Shown: positions 19,147 to 27,492 of the stretch, in pieces
How positions within the stretch are numbered: the first letter of the stretch is position 1
How the letters are laid out: each line of letters starts with the position of its first letter
Source of the DNA: a virus
Taxonomy: Duplodnaviria > Caudoviricetes
Virus record (IMG/VR): IMGVR_UViG_2675903066_000001
Location: 1-64,000 of that record
DNA length: 64,000 nucleotides
Direction: 5' to 3' (one strand)
Notes under the pieces: model-generated
The model's input: only the letters and a program-made list of their open reading frames with translations
Told to the model about the DNA's origin: nothing
Database searches by the model: none
Position numbers and translations under genes: made by a program

Positions 19147-19619
19147 CAGGGAGTCACCAGCGGGTTCTCGATCTCCTCGGGAGCACCCTGGCCGAGCAGC
19201 GTGAACGAGAACGGCTCAAGGTCCGTGGTCTCGCCGCCCTCGGTGTAGTCGGTCACCGTGCAGGTGCCCTCGAACGCGTCGGGGGCGCCGTCCCTGCGGT
19301 ACCAACGGACCTTGATGTTGGCGTTGAAGCCTACGACCCCCGCGGCCTTGCGGATCTTCTCCTGGCCGGGGTCCGGCGTGAACACCGGGTCGTCGGTGCG
19401 CTTACGGCGGCCCTCGGCCTCGATCTGCCAGGTCCGGCCAGTCACGACGGAGCTGCCGTAGCCCACCTCGTCGTCGAAGTCGCCGTCCTCCTCGGTGTTG
19501 TCATCCGAGCTGCGCTCGAACGACGTCAGGCCCTTGACCGGGGTCCAGGCCGGCTCAGTCGCGCCCGGAATGGACGTGTCCACGTCCAGCCGCCAGTCGC
19601 GCGCGAGAAGACTACGCAT
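19146..19619 (-). CDS. Major tail (tube) protein
   Basis: LARDWRLDV, DPGQE, VRWYRRDG, FSFTLLGQG; AAGGAG RBS. Confidence 0.85.
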   Translation of the reverse strand: MRSLLARDWRLDVDTSIPGATEPAWTPVKGLTSFERSSDDNTEEDGDFDDEVGYGSSVVTGRTWQIEAEGRRKRTDDPVFTPDPGQEKIRKAAGVVGFNANIKVRWYRRDGAPDAFEGTCTVTDYTEGGETTDLEPFSFTLLGQGAPEEIENPLVTP

Positions 19620-19694
19620 CTGATCTCTCCTTCAGTGCATGCGAAAGCGCCGCCCCGCTGCTGCGGGACGGCGCGATGGAAAAGGAAGGAGCTG

Positions 19695-20147
19695 CTAGTC
19701 GCGGTACGGCGTAGGCCAGACCGTCATCAGCTCATAGCTGTCCGGCCGCTCCCACCGGCCGGACGAGTCGCGCGCCAGTGGCGCCACGATGGTCCGCTGG
19801 ATCAGCAGCACGACGACGCCCGTGGACAAGGTCAGATTCGACCGGCTGTGCAGCGCCGCGAACACCCTGTCGGCGTAGTCGCCGACGACGCGCGGGTCCG
19901 TCGACGTCCGCATGCGGACCTGCACCAGCACGGTCGAATCCGACTGGTCGACGTCGTCGCCGCCCGCGCCCGTGCCGTAGATCGTCAGCGAGATAGCTTC
20001 GTCCGGCTTGGTCGGCAGACCACCGAGCGTGATCGCACGCTGGTTCGGCTTGTACGCGCCGACCGGATCCCAATCACCGACGCCGGCGTCGGCCAGCAGC
20101 TCGGCCAGGCCGGTGAGCAGGTCGCGGGAGAACGTTTCCGGGCTCAT
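19695..20147 (-). CDS. Tail terminator (Minor_capsid_3-like)
   Basis: LLTGLAELLADAGVG, VQVRMR; gene position. Confidence 0.75.
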   Translation of the reverse strand: MSPETFSRDLLTGLAELLADAGVGDWDPVGAYKPNQRAITLGGLPTKPDEAISLTIYGTGAGGDDVDQSDSTVLVQVRMRTSTDPRVVGDYADRVFAALHSRSNLTLSTGVVVLLIQRTIVAPLARDSSGRWERPDSYELMTVWPTPYRD

Positions 20148-20554
20148 CCGCGTAGCGCCCTCTCCAGCTGAGTGCCGATGATCTTATGGACGGTGCTGGC
20201 CTCGGCGCGGAGCGTCCGCTCCAGCCACTTGGGCTCACCCTTGATGAGGTGCTGCCAGTCCATCTCCTCGTGCTGGCGAGCCGCGTAAGCGATGTCGTAG
20301 CCCAGCGCCGCCTCAAGCCGGCCGTTGTCCACGGCAACCGCGCCCGGCCGCTCACGCGGGTCACCCGACTTCTCCAGGTGACCTTCACGCCACGGCGTAC
20401 GAGGGCCCGCCTCGGTCAGGACGTGCTCGGCCGCCAGGTACAGGCCGCGCGACGCCGCCTCGTTCAGCTCGTGCTCGATGATGTCCGGCCCGAGCTTCAA
20501 GTCGAGCCGGACATCGACGTCGATCTTCACGCCAGCCTTGGCCATCAGCGGCAC
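20144..20554 (-). CDS. Neck/tail completion protein (HK97 gp10-like)
   Basis: YAARQHEE, KWLE motifs. Confidence 0.75.
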   Translation of the reverse strand: MPLMAKAGVKIDVDVRLDLKLGPDIIEHELNEAASRGLYLAAEHVLTEAGPRTPWREGHLEKSGDPRERPGAVAVDNGRLEAALGYDIAYAARQHEEMDWQHLIKGEPKWLERTLRAEASTVHKIIGTQLERALRG

Positions 20555-20853
20555 ACCACCTCTACATGATCGGGAGTCGGCAGGCCGCCGCCGTCACGCG
20601 CGTACGACGCGATGACGGTGGTCACGCGGCCATTGACCGTGACGCGGCTGCCCTCGGGGCAGTGCACCCCGGGACGGAAGAAGATCGTCGTGTCGCTGAC
20701 GGTCTCCAGGCCCTGGGCGTCGCGGACGAGCCGCCGCTCGTCGTCGACCAGGCACTGTTCCGTCACGGCGTCGTCGTAGATCACGCCGTACGCGCCCTCA
20801 CCCTGGAAAGGCTCGATCGTGGCCTCATGTCGGAGCAGCCAGTCAGGAAGCAT
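20545..20853 (-). CDS. Head closure/stopper protein
   Basis: MLPDWLLRHEATIEP...RRLVRD...PEGSRVTV...GLPTPDHVEV. Confidence 0.75.
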   Translation of the reverse strand: MLPDWLLRHEATIEPFQGEGAYGVIYDDAVTEQCLVDDERRLVRDAQGLETVSDTTIFFRPGVHCPEGSRVTVNGRVTTVIASYARDGGGLPTPDHVEVVCR

Positions 20854-20857
20854 GCGA

Positions 20858-21253
20858 TCACCACGCAGCCACGTCGAACGCGTACCCAGGCAGCAAGCCC
20901 GCGGTGTGCAGGATGCGGCCCGCGTCCGGTGCGTGCCGGGCAGGAGCAGACTCCCCCGAGCCGGCCCGCGACAGCCGCACCGACCCGATCGAGATGTCCT
21001 TGAACGCCGCGGCGACACCGTACGGATCGCCGGTCGCGAGCATCCAAGCGGCCTGCGCGCAGGTCGCCCGCGTGATCGCGTCACGCTCGCGCGGGTCGGT
21101 CGGCATCTCCTGGTCGTCGGTGTCGTACACCGCGCCGATGAGCAGCTCGTCGATCCGTTCGCTGGCCCTGGCAAGGGACGCATCGATGCCCTCGGGGGCG
21201 GGCTTACCCGTGAAGGCCGCGTAGTCTGCGGCCGTCGCGTACACCACCACCAC
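20858..21253 (-). CDS. Head-tail adaptor
   Basis: YATAADY, LARASERID, ATCAQ, SIGSVRL. Confidence 0.78.
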   Translation of the reverse strand: MVVVYATAADYAAFTGKPAPEGIDASLARASERIDELLIGAVYDTDDQEMPTDPRERDAITRATCAQAAWMLATGDPYGVAAAFKDISIGSVRLSRAGSGESAPARHAPDAGRILHTAGLLPGYAFDVAAW

Positions 21254-21261
21254 GGGCCTCC

Positions 21262-21597
21262 TCAGTTGTCGGTGTCGTCCTGGCCGAACTCCTCGATGAG
21301 CGCGGCCTTCGACAGGGCCTTGGCGTCCTTCTCGGCCATGCCGCGAAAGACCGCGTACGCGACCCAGATGGACTTGTTCGCGCTCTCAGGAGGAGGGCCA
21401 GGCGGAAGACCAGGAGGCGGGCCGGCCGGGGCCTGCTCGGTGGCAGGCCCCGGCGCGGACGGAGTGGCCGGAGCGGCCGGTTCATCGGGACAAGAAACGA
21501 TCGTCCACTGCGGGTAGCACTCGATGATCCGGTTACGCTCCGGCTGCTCGACCGTCAGCCCGGTGTTCCGGTTGTGGTAGACCCACATTCCGGACAC
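21262..21597 (-). CDS. Hypothetical protein (Pro linker, SAP/HeH-like end)
   Basis: PPESANKSIWVAYA...LSKAALIE, after the capsid gene. Confidence 0.65.
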   Translation of the reverse strand: MSGMWVYHNRNTGLTVEQPERNRIIECYPQWTIVSCPDEPAAPATPSAPGPATEQAPAGPPPGLPPGPPPESANKSIWVAYAVFRGMAEKDAKALSKAALIEEFGQDDTDN

Positions 21598-21600
21598 TCC

Positions 21601-22548
21601 TTACGCCTTGGTCTTGGTCGTGCCGCTGGTGAGGACCACGGCGCGGTTCTCGTCGAGCGTCTTCACGCCGTACAGGCAGTCGATGCTGACGATGTCTTGC
21701 TTCTTCGAGATGTCGTAGTCCATGACCACGCGCAACCCGAAACCCTTGTAGGACTCGACGTGGGCGTTCGCGGCGCCCTGCGGAAGCACGAGCGGCCTCG
21801 TGACCAAGGCGAACGCCGTCCGGTGGAAGGCCACGCCGATCTCGTGGTCCGGGAGCTCTGTACCTGCCGGGTCGGTGGGCAGGAACTCGGGCTCCTTGAT
21901 GTTCTGGGTCTGGTAGCTATCGAATCCGAAGACCCTGCGACCCAGGTTGGCCTCGCGCAGGCCCTCGGTATCCCCTCGGGCATCAGCGCGGTTGAACAGG
22001 TCGTCGCTCAGCCAGAGCGCCTCCTGCTCGGGACCGACCACGATGTAGCGGTCGGTGCTGGGGACGTTGGCCTGGTTCAGGACGCGGCGCGCGGCGATGG
22101 CCGTACGCGGGTTCGCGTACCGGAACGCCTCGGTGGTGTCGGTGTTGAGGCCGACCTGCCGGTGCATGACGTCGGCCCGCAGGCTGAGGATGTCGCGGTC
22201 GATCTTCTGGGCGATCGCCTCGGTCGCCGGGGCGAGCAGCTGGGCGTTGAAGTCGACGATGTCGAGCGTCAGCTCCTCGCTGCTCACAGCGAAGGAGACG
22301 TCGGCGAAACGGTCGAGAGTGATCGGGATCTTGCCCTCGACGGCGTTCTGGATCTCGATGCCGGTCTCCCGGTCGAAGTCCTTCGCCTCGAACTTCGCGG
22401 GCTTGCGGATGGTGATCGTGTCGCCGATGCGCGACACGAACTCGTCCTCGTAGTCCCTGTAGACGAGCTGGCTCATCACCGTCGTCTCGTAGAGGTTGGC
22501 GAGAGCCTGCCGGGCGATCATGCTCGGAGTCAGAAAGGTGTTAGCCAT
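21601..22548 (-). CDS. Major capsid protein (P22-coat family-like)
   Basis: MANTFLTP, GDTITIRKP, AFHRTAFALVTRPL, DCLYGVKTL. Confidence 0.93.
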   Translation of the reverse strand: MANTFLTPSMIARQALANLYETTVMSQLVYRDYEDEFVSRIGDTITIRKPAKFEAKDFDRETGIEIQNAVEGKIPITLDRFADVSFAVSSEELTLDIVDFNAQLLAPATEAIAQKIDRDILSLRADVMHRQVGLNTDTTEAFRYANPRTAIAARRVLNQANVPSTDRYIVVGPEQEALWLSDDLFNRADARGDTEGLREANLGRRVFGFDSYQTQNIKEPEFLPTDPAGTELPDHEIGVAFHRTAFALVTRPLVLPQGAANAHVESYKGFGLRVVMDYDISKKQDIVSIDCLYGVKTLDENRAVVLTSGTTKTKA

Positions 22549-22588
22549 TTCGGGCCTTTCCTAAGGATGTCAGCGGTACCGCTGGCGG

Positions 22589-23464
22589 TTACTGCGACGA
22601 CTTCTTCGCAGTCCTCTGCTTGCGGAAGTCGTCGATGGACGGCTCGGCGTTGGGCGCACGTCCGCCAGGCCCGCCGGCGAACTCCCCTCCCGAGCGGCTG
22701 GGCGGCCCCGCCAGGGAGCCGGCCTTGAACTTGGGGTTTTCCGTCACCGCGAGCTCGATCACTTCGCCGAGCTTCTGCGCGAAGTCGTCGGCGTCGGTGT
22801 CCAGGTCGCGGACCTTCTTCAGGAAGGACCGGGAGTCGAGCAGGGCGTCCGGGTCTGCGCCGAGCTTCAGGCCCTGCCGGTGCACGGCAAGCTCCATCAG
22901 CGCGCGGCGGTGCCGGTCCCGCTCCTCGTCCCGCTCCTTCGCGGTCGAGTCCCGCTCACCGGTGAGCTGCTCGATGATCTGCTCCGGCGTGAGTTCCTTC
23001 TGCTCCTCACCGATGAGCCCGAGCGCCTTGCCGATCTGCTTGGCCAGGTCGGACTGGACCTGCTGAGTGATCTCCTCAGCGGACGGCCCCTTCGCCTTGG
23101 CGGCCTCGTCGGCGGCCTTCTGCGCGTCCCGCAGCTGGTTGCGGAACTCCGCAGCCTCGGTGCGGGTCTCCCGGATGAGCTTCTGCGCCCACGACGGAAG
23201 CTGCTCCACCTTGATGGCGTCCGGGTTGACCTGCTCCTCCCGCTGCCGGGAGTTGAGCGGGTCGGGGGTGGTGCTCTGCTGCTGGTCGGGCTGCGTGACC
23301 CCGGCCTCAGGACCACCGCTGTTCTGCGGTTCGCCCTGCGGCTGGCCTTCGCCCCCTCCCTCTCCCTCGGGCGCGCCACCGGCGATCAGCCGGATCGGCT
23401 TGCCGGACTTGCGGTAGCCGATGATCGCGCCAGGCGTCGTCGGCAGCATCGAGTGATCGAACAT
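22589..23464 (-). CDS. Capsid scaffolding protein
   Basis: GGAGG RBS, ATG 23464; LPSWAQKLI, coiled coil, DPDALLDSRSF. Confidence 0.85.
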   Translation of the reverse strand: MFDHSMLPTTPGAIIGYRKSGKPIRLIAGGAPEGEGGGEGQPQGEPQNSGGPEAGVTQPDQQQSTTPDPLNSRQREEQVNPDAIKVEQLPSWAQKLIRETRTEAAEFRNQLRDAQKAADEAAKAKGPSAEEITQQVQSDLAKQIGKALGLIGEEQKELTPEQIIEQLTGERDSTAKERDEERDRHRRALMELAVHRQGLKLGADPDALLDSRSFLKKVRDLDTDADDFAQKLGEVIELAVTENPKFKAGSLAGPPSRSGGEFAGGPGGRAPNAEPSIDDFRKQRTAKKSSQ

Positions 23465-23483
23465 TGGCCCTCCCGGAGCCGGA

Positions 23484-23512
23484 CATGAGAAAGGCCCGCG
23501 CCAGGCGGGCCT
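23484..23512 (-). terminator. Hairpin + CTTTCTCATG upstream of the scaffold gene
   Basis: aggcccgc-N5-gcgggcct followed by TTCTCATG on the minus strand. Confidence 0.6.
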
Positions 23513-23531
23513 ACAGGCGGACAGGACTCGG

Positions 23532-23705
23532 TCAGCTCCCGGCTGACTGGGTCCTGCGGTAGATACGCACCCACAGGAAGGCGAGCGCACGCTGTCGCGC
23601 GTCCCCCGCGGGGTTGTACGGGCATTCGGTGACCGGTCGGCGGGTCAGCGCCGCCCACCGCGCCGTGGTGACGGCCGCCCTGTGGTCGAGTTCGGAAAGC
23701 GTCAC
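23532..23705 (-). CDS. Small CPY-motif protein (Rmf/CrpP-like)
   Basis: GTG overlaps the minor capsid stop; PVTECPY...W. Confidence 0.55.
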   Translation of the reverse strand: MTLSELDHRAAVTTARWAALTRRPVTECPYNPAGDARQRALAFLWVRIYRRTQSAGS

Positions 23706-25576
23706 CTGCGGTCCTCCCTGGTCCGCCGCGCCGCTCTCTTGTCGGAGTCGCGGCCAAGGGCCTGCGCACGGAACTCGGTCAGCGTCATCCGCGGGTGCTG
23801 TTCCCACCAGGCCTTCAGCTCGTCGCTGGCCCACTTCATCGCACGGGCGGCCGGCCCGGACAGAAGCGACCGGCCGTCGACGCCCTGGCGGCGACCCTCA
23901 GCGGTGACCAGCACGCCGCGCGTGTACCGCTCCGCCGCGACGTAATGGATCTCCAGCCACTCGTCGTACAGGCGGCGAACCACCTGGTCGAGGGTTTCGC
24001 CCGGCAGCCGCTGCGACTCGACGTGCGCGCGTGCCTCCTCCCGCCGCATCACCTCCGGGTCCAAGCCGTACACGATCGCGTACGCCTCCAATGGGTCCGT
24101 GCCGGAGTCGAGCAGCTCGGCCACCGCGCGGTCCTCGGCCGTCTCCTCCACGTCGTAGCGCCAGTTCGGGTTCTGCTCGCGGCGGTCCAGCTCGGCCAGC
24201 AGCCGCTCCAGCGCCACGTCATCCCCGGCCGCCGAGAAGCGCTGCACGAGCTCCAGAATCTGCTCTTCGGTGACCTGCGAGTAGTCCTCCGGCAGTTCCC
24301 GCAACGCCGAGGTGACCTGCTCGTCCCGATCGCGTTCCCGCTCCTGGTCGCGTTCCTCCAGGACCTGCGTGATCCGTTTGACGGCCGGCTCGTCGTCGGC
24401 GTGCTGACCGAGCAGCGCCGCCAGCTCCTCGTCCGAGCGGGTCTCCAGGCTGCGCGGCAGCACCTTGGCCTTCTGCCGATCGGTACGGACCGGAAGCCGC
24501 TTGTCCTCGGCCAGCTCGTGGATCTGGTTGGTCAGCCTGTTGGCTCGCACCTCGGCCCGGTCCCGGTCCGTCTTGTCCAGAGCCACCGACGCCTGGCGGC
24601 GCGCGGCCCGCAGGTCGCGCTCCGTGCGGCGCATCTTCTGCATGTCGCGGTAGCCCGCCGGGTGGCGCTGCACCGGAGGCCGCTTGGTGGCTCCCGGCAG
24701 ATACGCCCGCAGGTTGTGCCCGCATCCCGGATGCATGAGGCCTGCCGTGCGGGCCTGCTCGACGGTGCCCTCCACGAGCACGTCGACCATCTCATCGGAG
24801 ACGTACGACAGTTCCTGCCGCCACCCGATGCTGCCCGCCTGGGTGAGGATCTTCCCCTCCCAGAAGTCACACCGTTCGCACGTGAACGGCAGACGGCTCA
24901 CGATCACCAGGTCGACGCCGTTCTCCTGCAGCGTGGACAGGTGCCCGTCGACGGCCGCCCGGGACATCGCGGTGCGCACGGCCATCTCGGTGTAGGAGCC
25001 CATCGACCAGGACCGGCCGGACGAGTCCGTGAATCCGGCGATGCCCTTGCGGGCGAACATGTCGAGCGCCCGCTTCGTCGCCTGCTCGCGCGTCTCCGCG
25101 CCCGCCAGCGCCCGGCCGGCCACCTGCGCGATCACCTGGGAGTACACGTCCTCCGTGGTGCGCAGCGCCCCTATGTGAACGCTATGCACGCGCTGCACCG
25201 TCTGCCTGGCCAGCTCGATCACGCCTTGGCCCTGACCGATGCCCTTCGCGTTTCCGAGGTGGGATAGGTCCGTCATCGCGCGCTTCACGCCGCGGCGCCA
25301 CGCTGTGTTCACGCCGGTCGTGACGAGCTTGTCCGACAGCCGTTCCAGCCGCGCAACCACGCGGTCGGCCTGGCGTCTCAGCTCGCGAATCTCAGCGAAC
25401 CGAACGCCCTCCCACTCGGGTTCGCCCAGCCTCGCCGCCAGCGACTCCGACACGATGCGCAGCAGCTCCCGCTCCGCGTCGTAGTAGACGGCCGCCACCG
25501 CGCGGGCGTGATCGAGGCTGTTCTCGAACTGCTGCAGCTCCTGCTGCGCGAGGGCCTCGGCCGCCGCGGTGCTCAC
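23702..25576 (-). CDS. Minor capsid protein (Phage_min_cap2/MuF-like) with C-terminal extension
   Basis: YTEMAVRT, CERC-WEGK, GLMHPGCGH. Confidence 0.88.
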   Translation of the reverse strand: MSTAAAEALAQQELQQFENSLDHARAVAAVYYDAERELLRIVSESLAARLGEPEWEGVRFAEIRELRRQADRVVARLERLSDKLVTTGVNTAWRRGVKRAMTDLSHLGNAKGIGQGQGVIELARQTVQRVHSVHIGALRTTEDVYSQVIAQVAGRALAGAETREQATKRALDMFARKGIAGFTDSSGRSWSMGSYTEMAVRTAMSRAAVDGHLSTLQENGVDLVIVSRLPFTCERCDFWEGKILTQAGSIGWRQELSYVSDEMVDVLVEGTVEQARTAGLMHPGCGHNLRAYLPGATKRPPVQRHPAGYRDMQKMRRTERDLRAARRQASVALDKTDRDRAEVRANRLTNQIHELAEDKRLPVRTDRQKAKVLPRSLETRSDEELAALLGQHADDEPAVKRITQVLEERDQERERDRDEQVTSALRELPEDYSQVTEEQILELVQRFSAAGDDVALERLLAELDRREQNPNWRYDVEETAEDRAVAELLDSGTDPLEAYAIVYGLDPEVMRREEARAHVESQRLPGETLDQVVRRLYDEWLEIHYVAAERYTRGVLVTAEGRRQGVDGRSLLSGPAARAMKWASDELKAWWEQHPRMTLTEFRAQALGRDSDKRAARRTREDRR

Positions 25577-27141
25577 TCCTGCTCATCCAGTTCGGGGATC
25601 AGAACATCGTCGAGCCGGTCCGGGTCGGGCACCGTCAGGCCGAGCTCGTCACGGAGCGCCTTGACTTCCTTCGTGACCTGGTGGTCGTCCCACTCGGGGT
25701 GGACCATGCGGACCTTGGCATCCAGGCTCATGGCCTGGGCGCGGTTGAGCAGCTCGACGGTCCGGCCCAGCCCCTCCGGGTCCGGGATGACGCCGTCCGG
25801 CCAGTGCACCTCGCCCCGCTCGGCCGACACCTTCGTACCGAACACGCCGTGGTCCACGCTCATCAGCGCCTCGGCCAGCCACATCAGGGACGGATTCCAG
25901 TAGCCCGTCTTCCTGCCGCGAGTGCTGAACGACTTCCGCTCGCGAGAGTGGATCTCCGTCGCGGTCAGCTGCCGGCCGGTGCCGTCCGACTCGCCGAAGG
26001 ACTGCGCGCTGTATCCGGCGCCTCGCAAGATCTGACCGACCAAGGCCTTGGCCGACTCGACGTGCTCGGCCACGCGGATGTCGAACTGGCTGATCGTCAG
26101 CATCGCGTTCGGCGCGGCCCCGGGCGGCGGCAGCATGCCGAGGCCGGAGTAGATCTCCTTGTCCGGGTCCCAGCTCGCGCCCTTGCCGCGGCCGTGGTTT
26201 TCGAGGAAGAGGTCGGGGACGATCACGCGGCCCTTGGCGAGCCGGATGTCCCGCATGAGGCTGGTCCACACCTCGTCGAGGCTGTCCATCAGGTGCTCAA
26301 CGCCCTGATAGTCGGACCGGCCCAGGCTGGTCCCCCGGATCAGGCGGTGCGGCCGCATGTTGGGCACGTACGTGACCAGCAGACCCTTGGAGTAGTAGGT
26401 GTCGAACCCGCCGTCCTCGTCGATCTTGTCGGCGTAGATCGCCGTCTCGGGGTGCTCGGTCAGCGGGATGGGCTTGCCCAGCTTGTCGCTGGTGCCCTCG
26501 TAAAGCCCGTGGTAGACCCGGCCGCGCTCGTGGCGTTCAAGATGCCGGATCACGCACTTGTCGTTCTCCGACAGCACCCGCCAGAACGTGACCGCGAAGA
26601 GCGCGCCGTACCGGAACTCTGGGATCGCCGCGTCCGGAGGCAGCACCGACAGGACGGGATGGTCGTACATCTCCGTGTCCCAGCCGACCCGCAGAAACAC
26701 CCCGCCGTACGCGCTGGACACCTCGGCAGCCTCCAGCAGCGACCCATAGATGCCCGCCTCATGCATGAGGCTGTCGAGCCGCTTCTGGCCGTTCTTTCCC
26801 TTCACCCGCAAGGTCGGGGGCTCACTGAACAACAGGTCTGCCGACGTCGACGAGATGTCTCCTGCGATCGGGACGTGCAGCTTCGTGCTGCGCACCTGCC
26901 CGGCCGGCGTCGCCGATCCCCAAAACCAGCGGCTGACGCGGTTGAGAGCCCCGGTCACGCCCTTCTGCGGCCGGTCCCAGCCCTTCGGGTCCATACCGAT
27001 CCCATGGACCTGGTTCGCGCCGTACACGCTGGCCAACCGGTCGGGATCTCCGGCGTACCAGGCCTCCCACTGTCGATAGAGCCGCAGCTCACGCGTGATG
27101 TGCGGCGGCGGCCACTCCTGATCCTGCACCGGCAGCGGCAT
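25573..27141 (-). CDS. Portal protein
   Basis: SADLLFSEPP, LGRSDY, LMRDIRL, TATEI. Confidence 0.92.
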   Translation of the reverse strand: MPLPVQDQEWPPPHITRELRLYRQWEAWYAGDPDRLASVYGANQVHGIGMDPKGWDRPQKGVTGALNRVSRWFWGSATPAGQVRSTKLHVPIAGDISSTSADLLFSEPPTLRVKGKNGQKRLDSLMHEAGIYGSLLEAAEVSSAYGGVFLRVGWDTEMYDHPVLSVLPPDAAIPEFRYGALFAVTFWRVLSENDKCVIRHLERHERGRVYHGLYEGTSDKLGKPIPLTEHPETAIYADKIDEDGGFDTYYSKGLLVTYVPNMRPHRLIRGTSLGRSDYQGVEHLMDSLDEVWTSLMRDIRLAKGRVIVPDLFLENHGRGKGASWDPDKEIYSGLGMLPPPGAAPNAMLTISQFDIRVAEHVESAKALVGQILRGAGYSAQSFGESDGTGRQLTATEIHSRERKSFSTRGRKTGYWNPSLMWLAEALMSVDHGVFGTKVSAERGEVHWPDGVIPDPEGLGRTVELLNRAQAMSLDAKVRMVHPEWDDHQVTKEVKALRDELGLTVPDPDRLDDVLIPELDEQE

Positions 27142-27186
27142 CGCTCTTACGCCTCTCTTCTGTTGTCAGTCGCCGGACAGGCGGGC

Positions 27187-27486
27187 CTACACGACGTCGA
27201 TGAGCCCCGCGGGCAGTACCGGCTGCTCGACCGGCGCGGTCACACGGACCCACGCCTGGTAGCTGCCATCCGGCCGTGAGACCGTGCCGCCAGGGCCGAA
27301 CAGGATGAGCGCCGTCGCACCGGCCTCCGTGACGGAACCCGCCTTCCATTCGGCGGGGTGCCAGTCGTTCTCGGCAGGCTCGACGCCCGGCCCGGTGAAG
27401 GCGATCTCCACCTGCTCCACGCCGGTCGCGCCATGAACGAAGAACGGCAGCCACTCGCGGGAAAGCGACGAGATCGTTTTCACCAC
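27187..27486 (-). CDS. Small Ig-like protein
   Basis: 99 aa, GSYQAWVRVT; AAGGAGG RBS. Confidence 0.7.
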   Translation of the reverse strand: MVKTISSLSREWLPFFVHGATGVEQVEIAFTGPGVEPAENDWHPAEWKAGSVTEAGATALILFGPGGTVSRPDGSYQAWVRVTAPVEQPVLPAGLIDVV

Positions 27487-27492
27487 GCCTCC

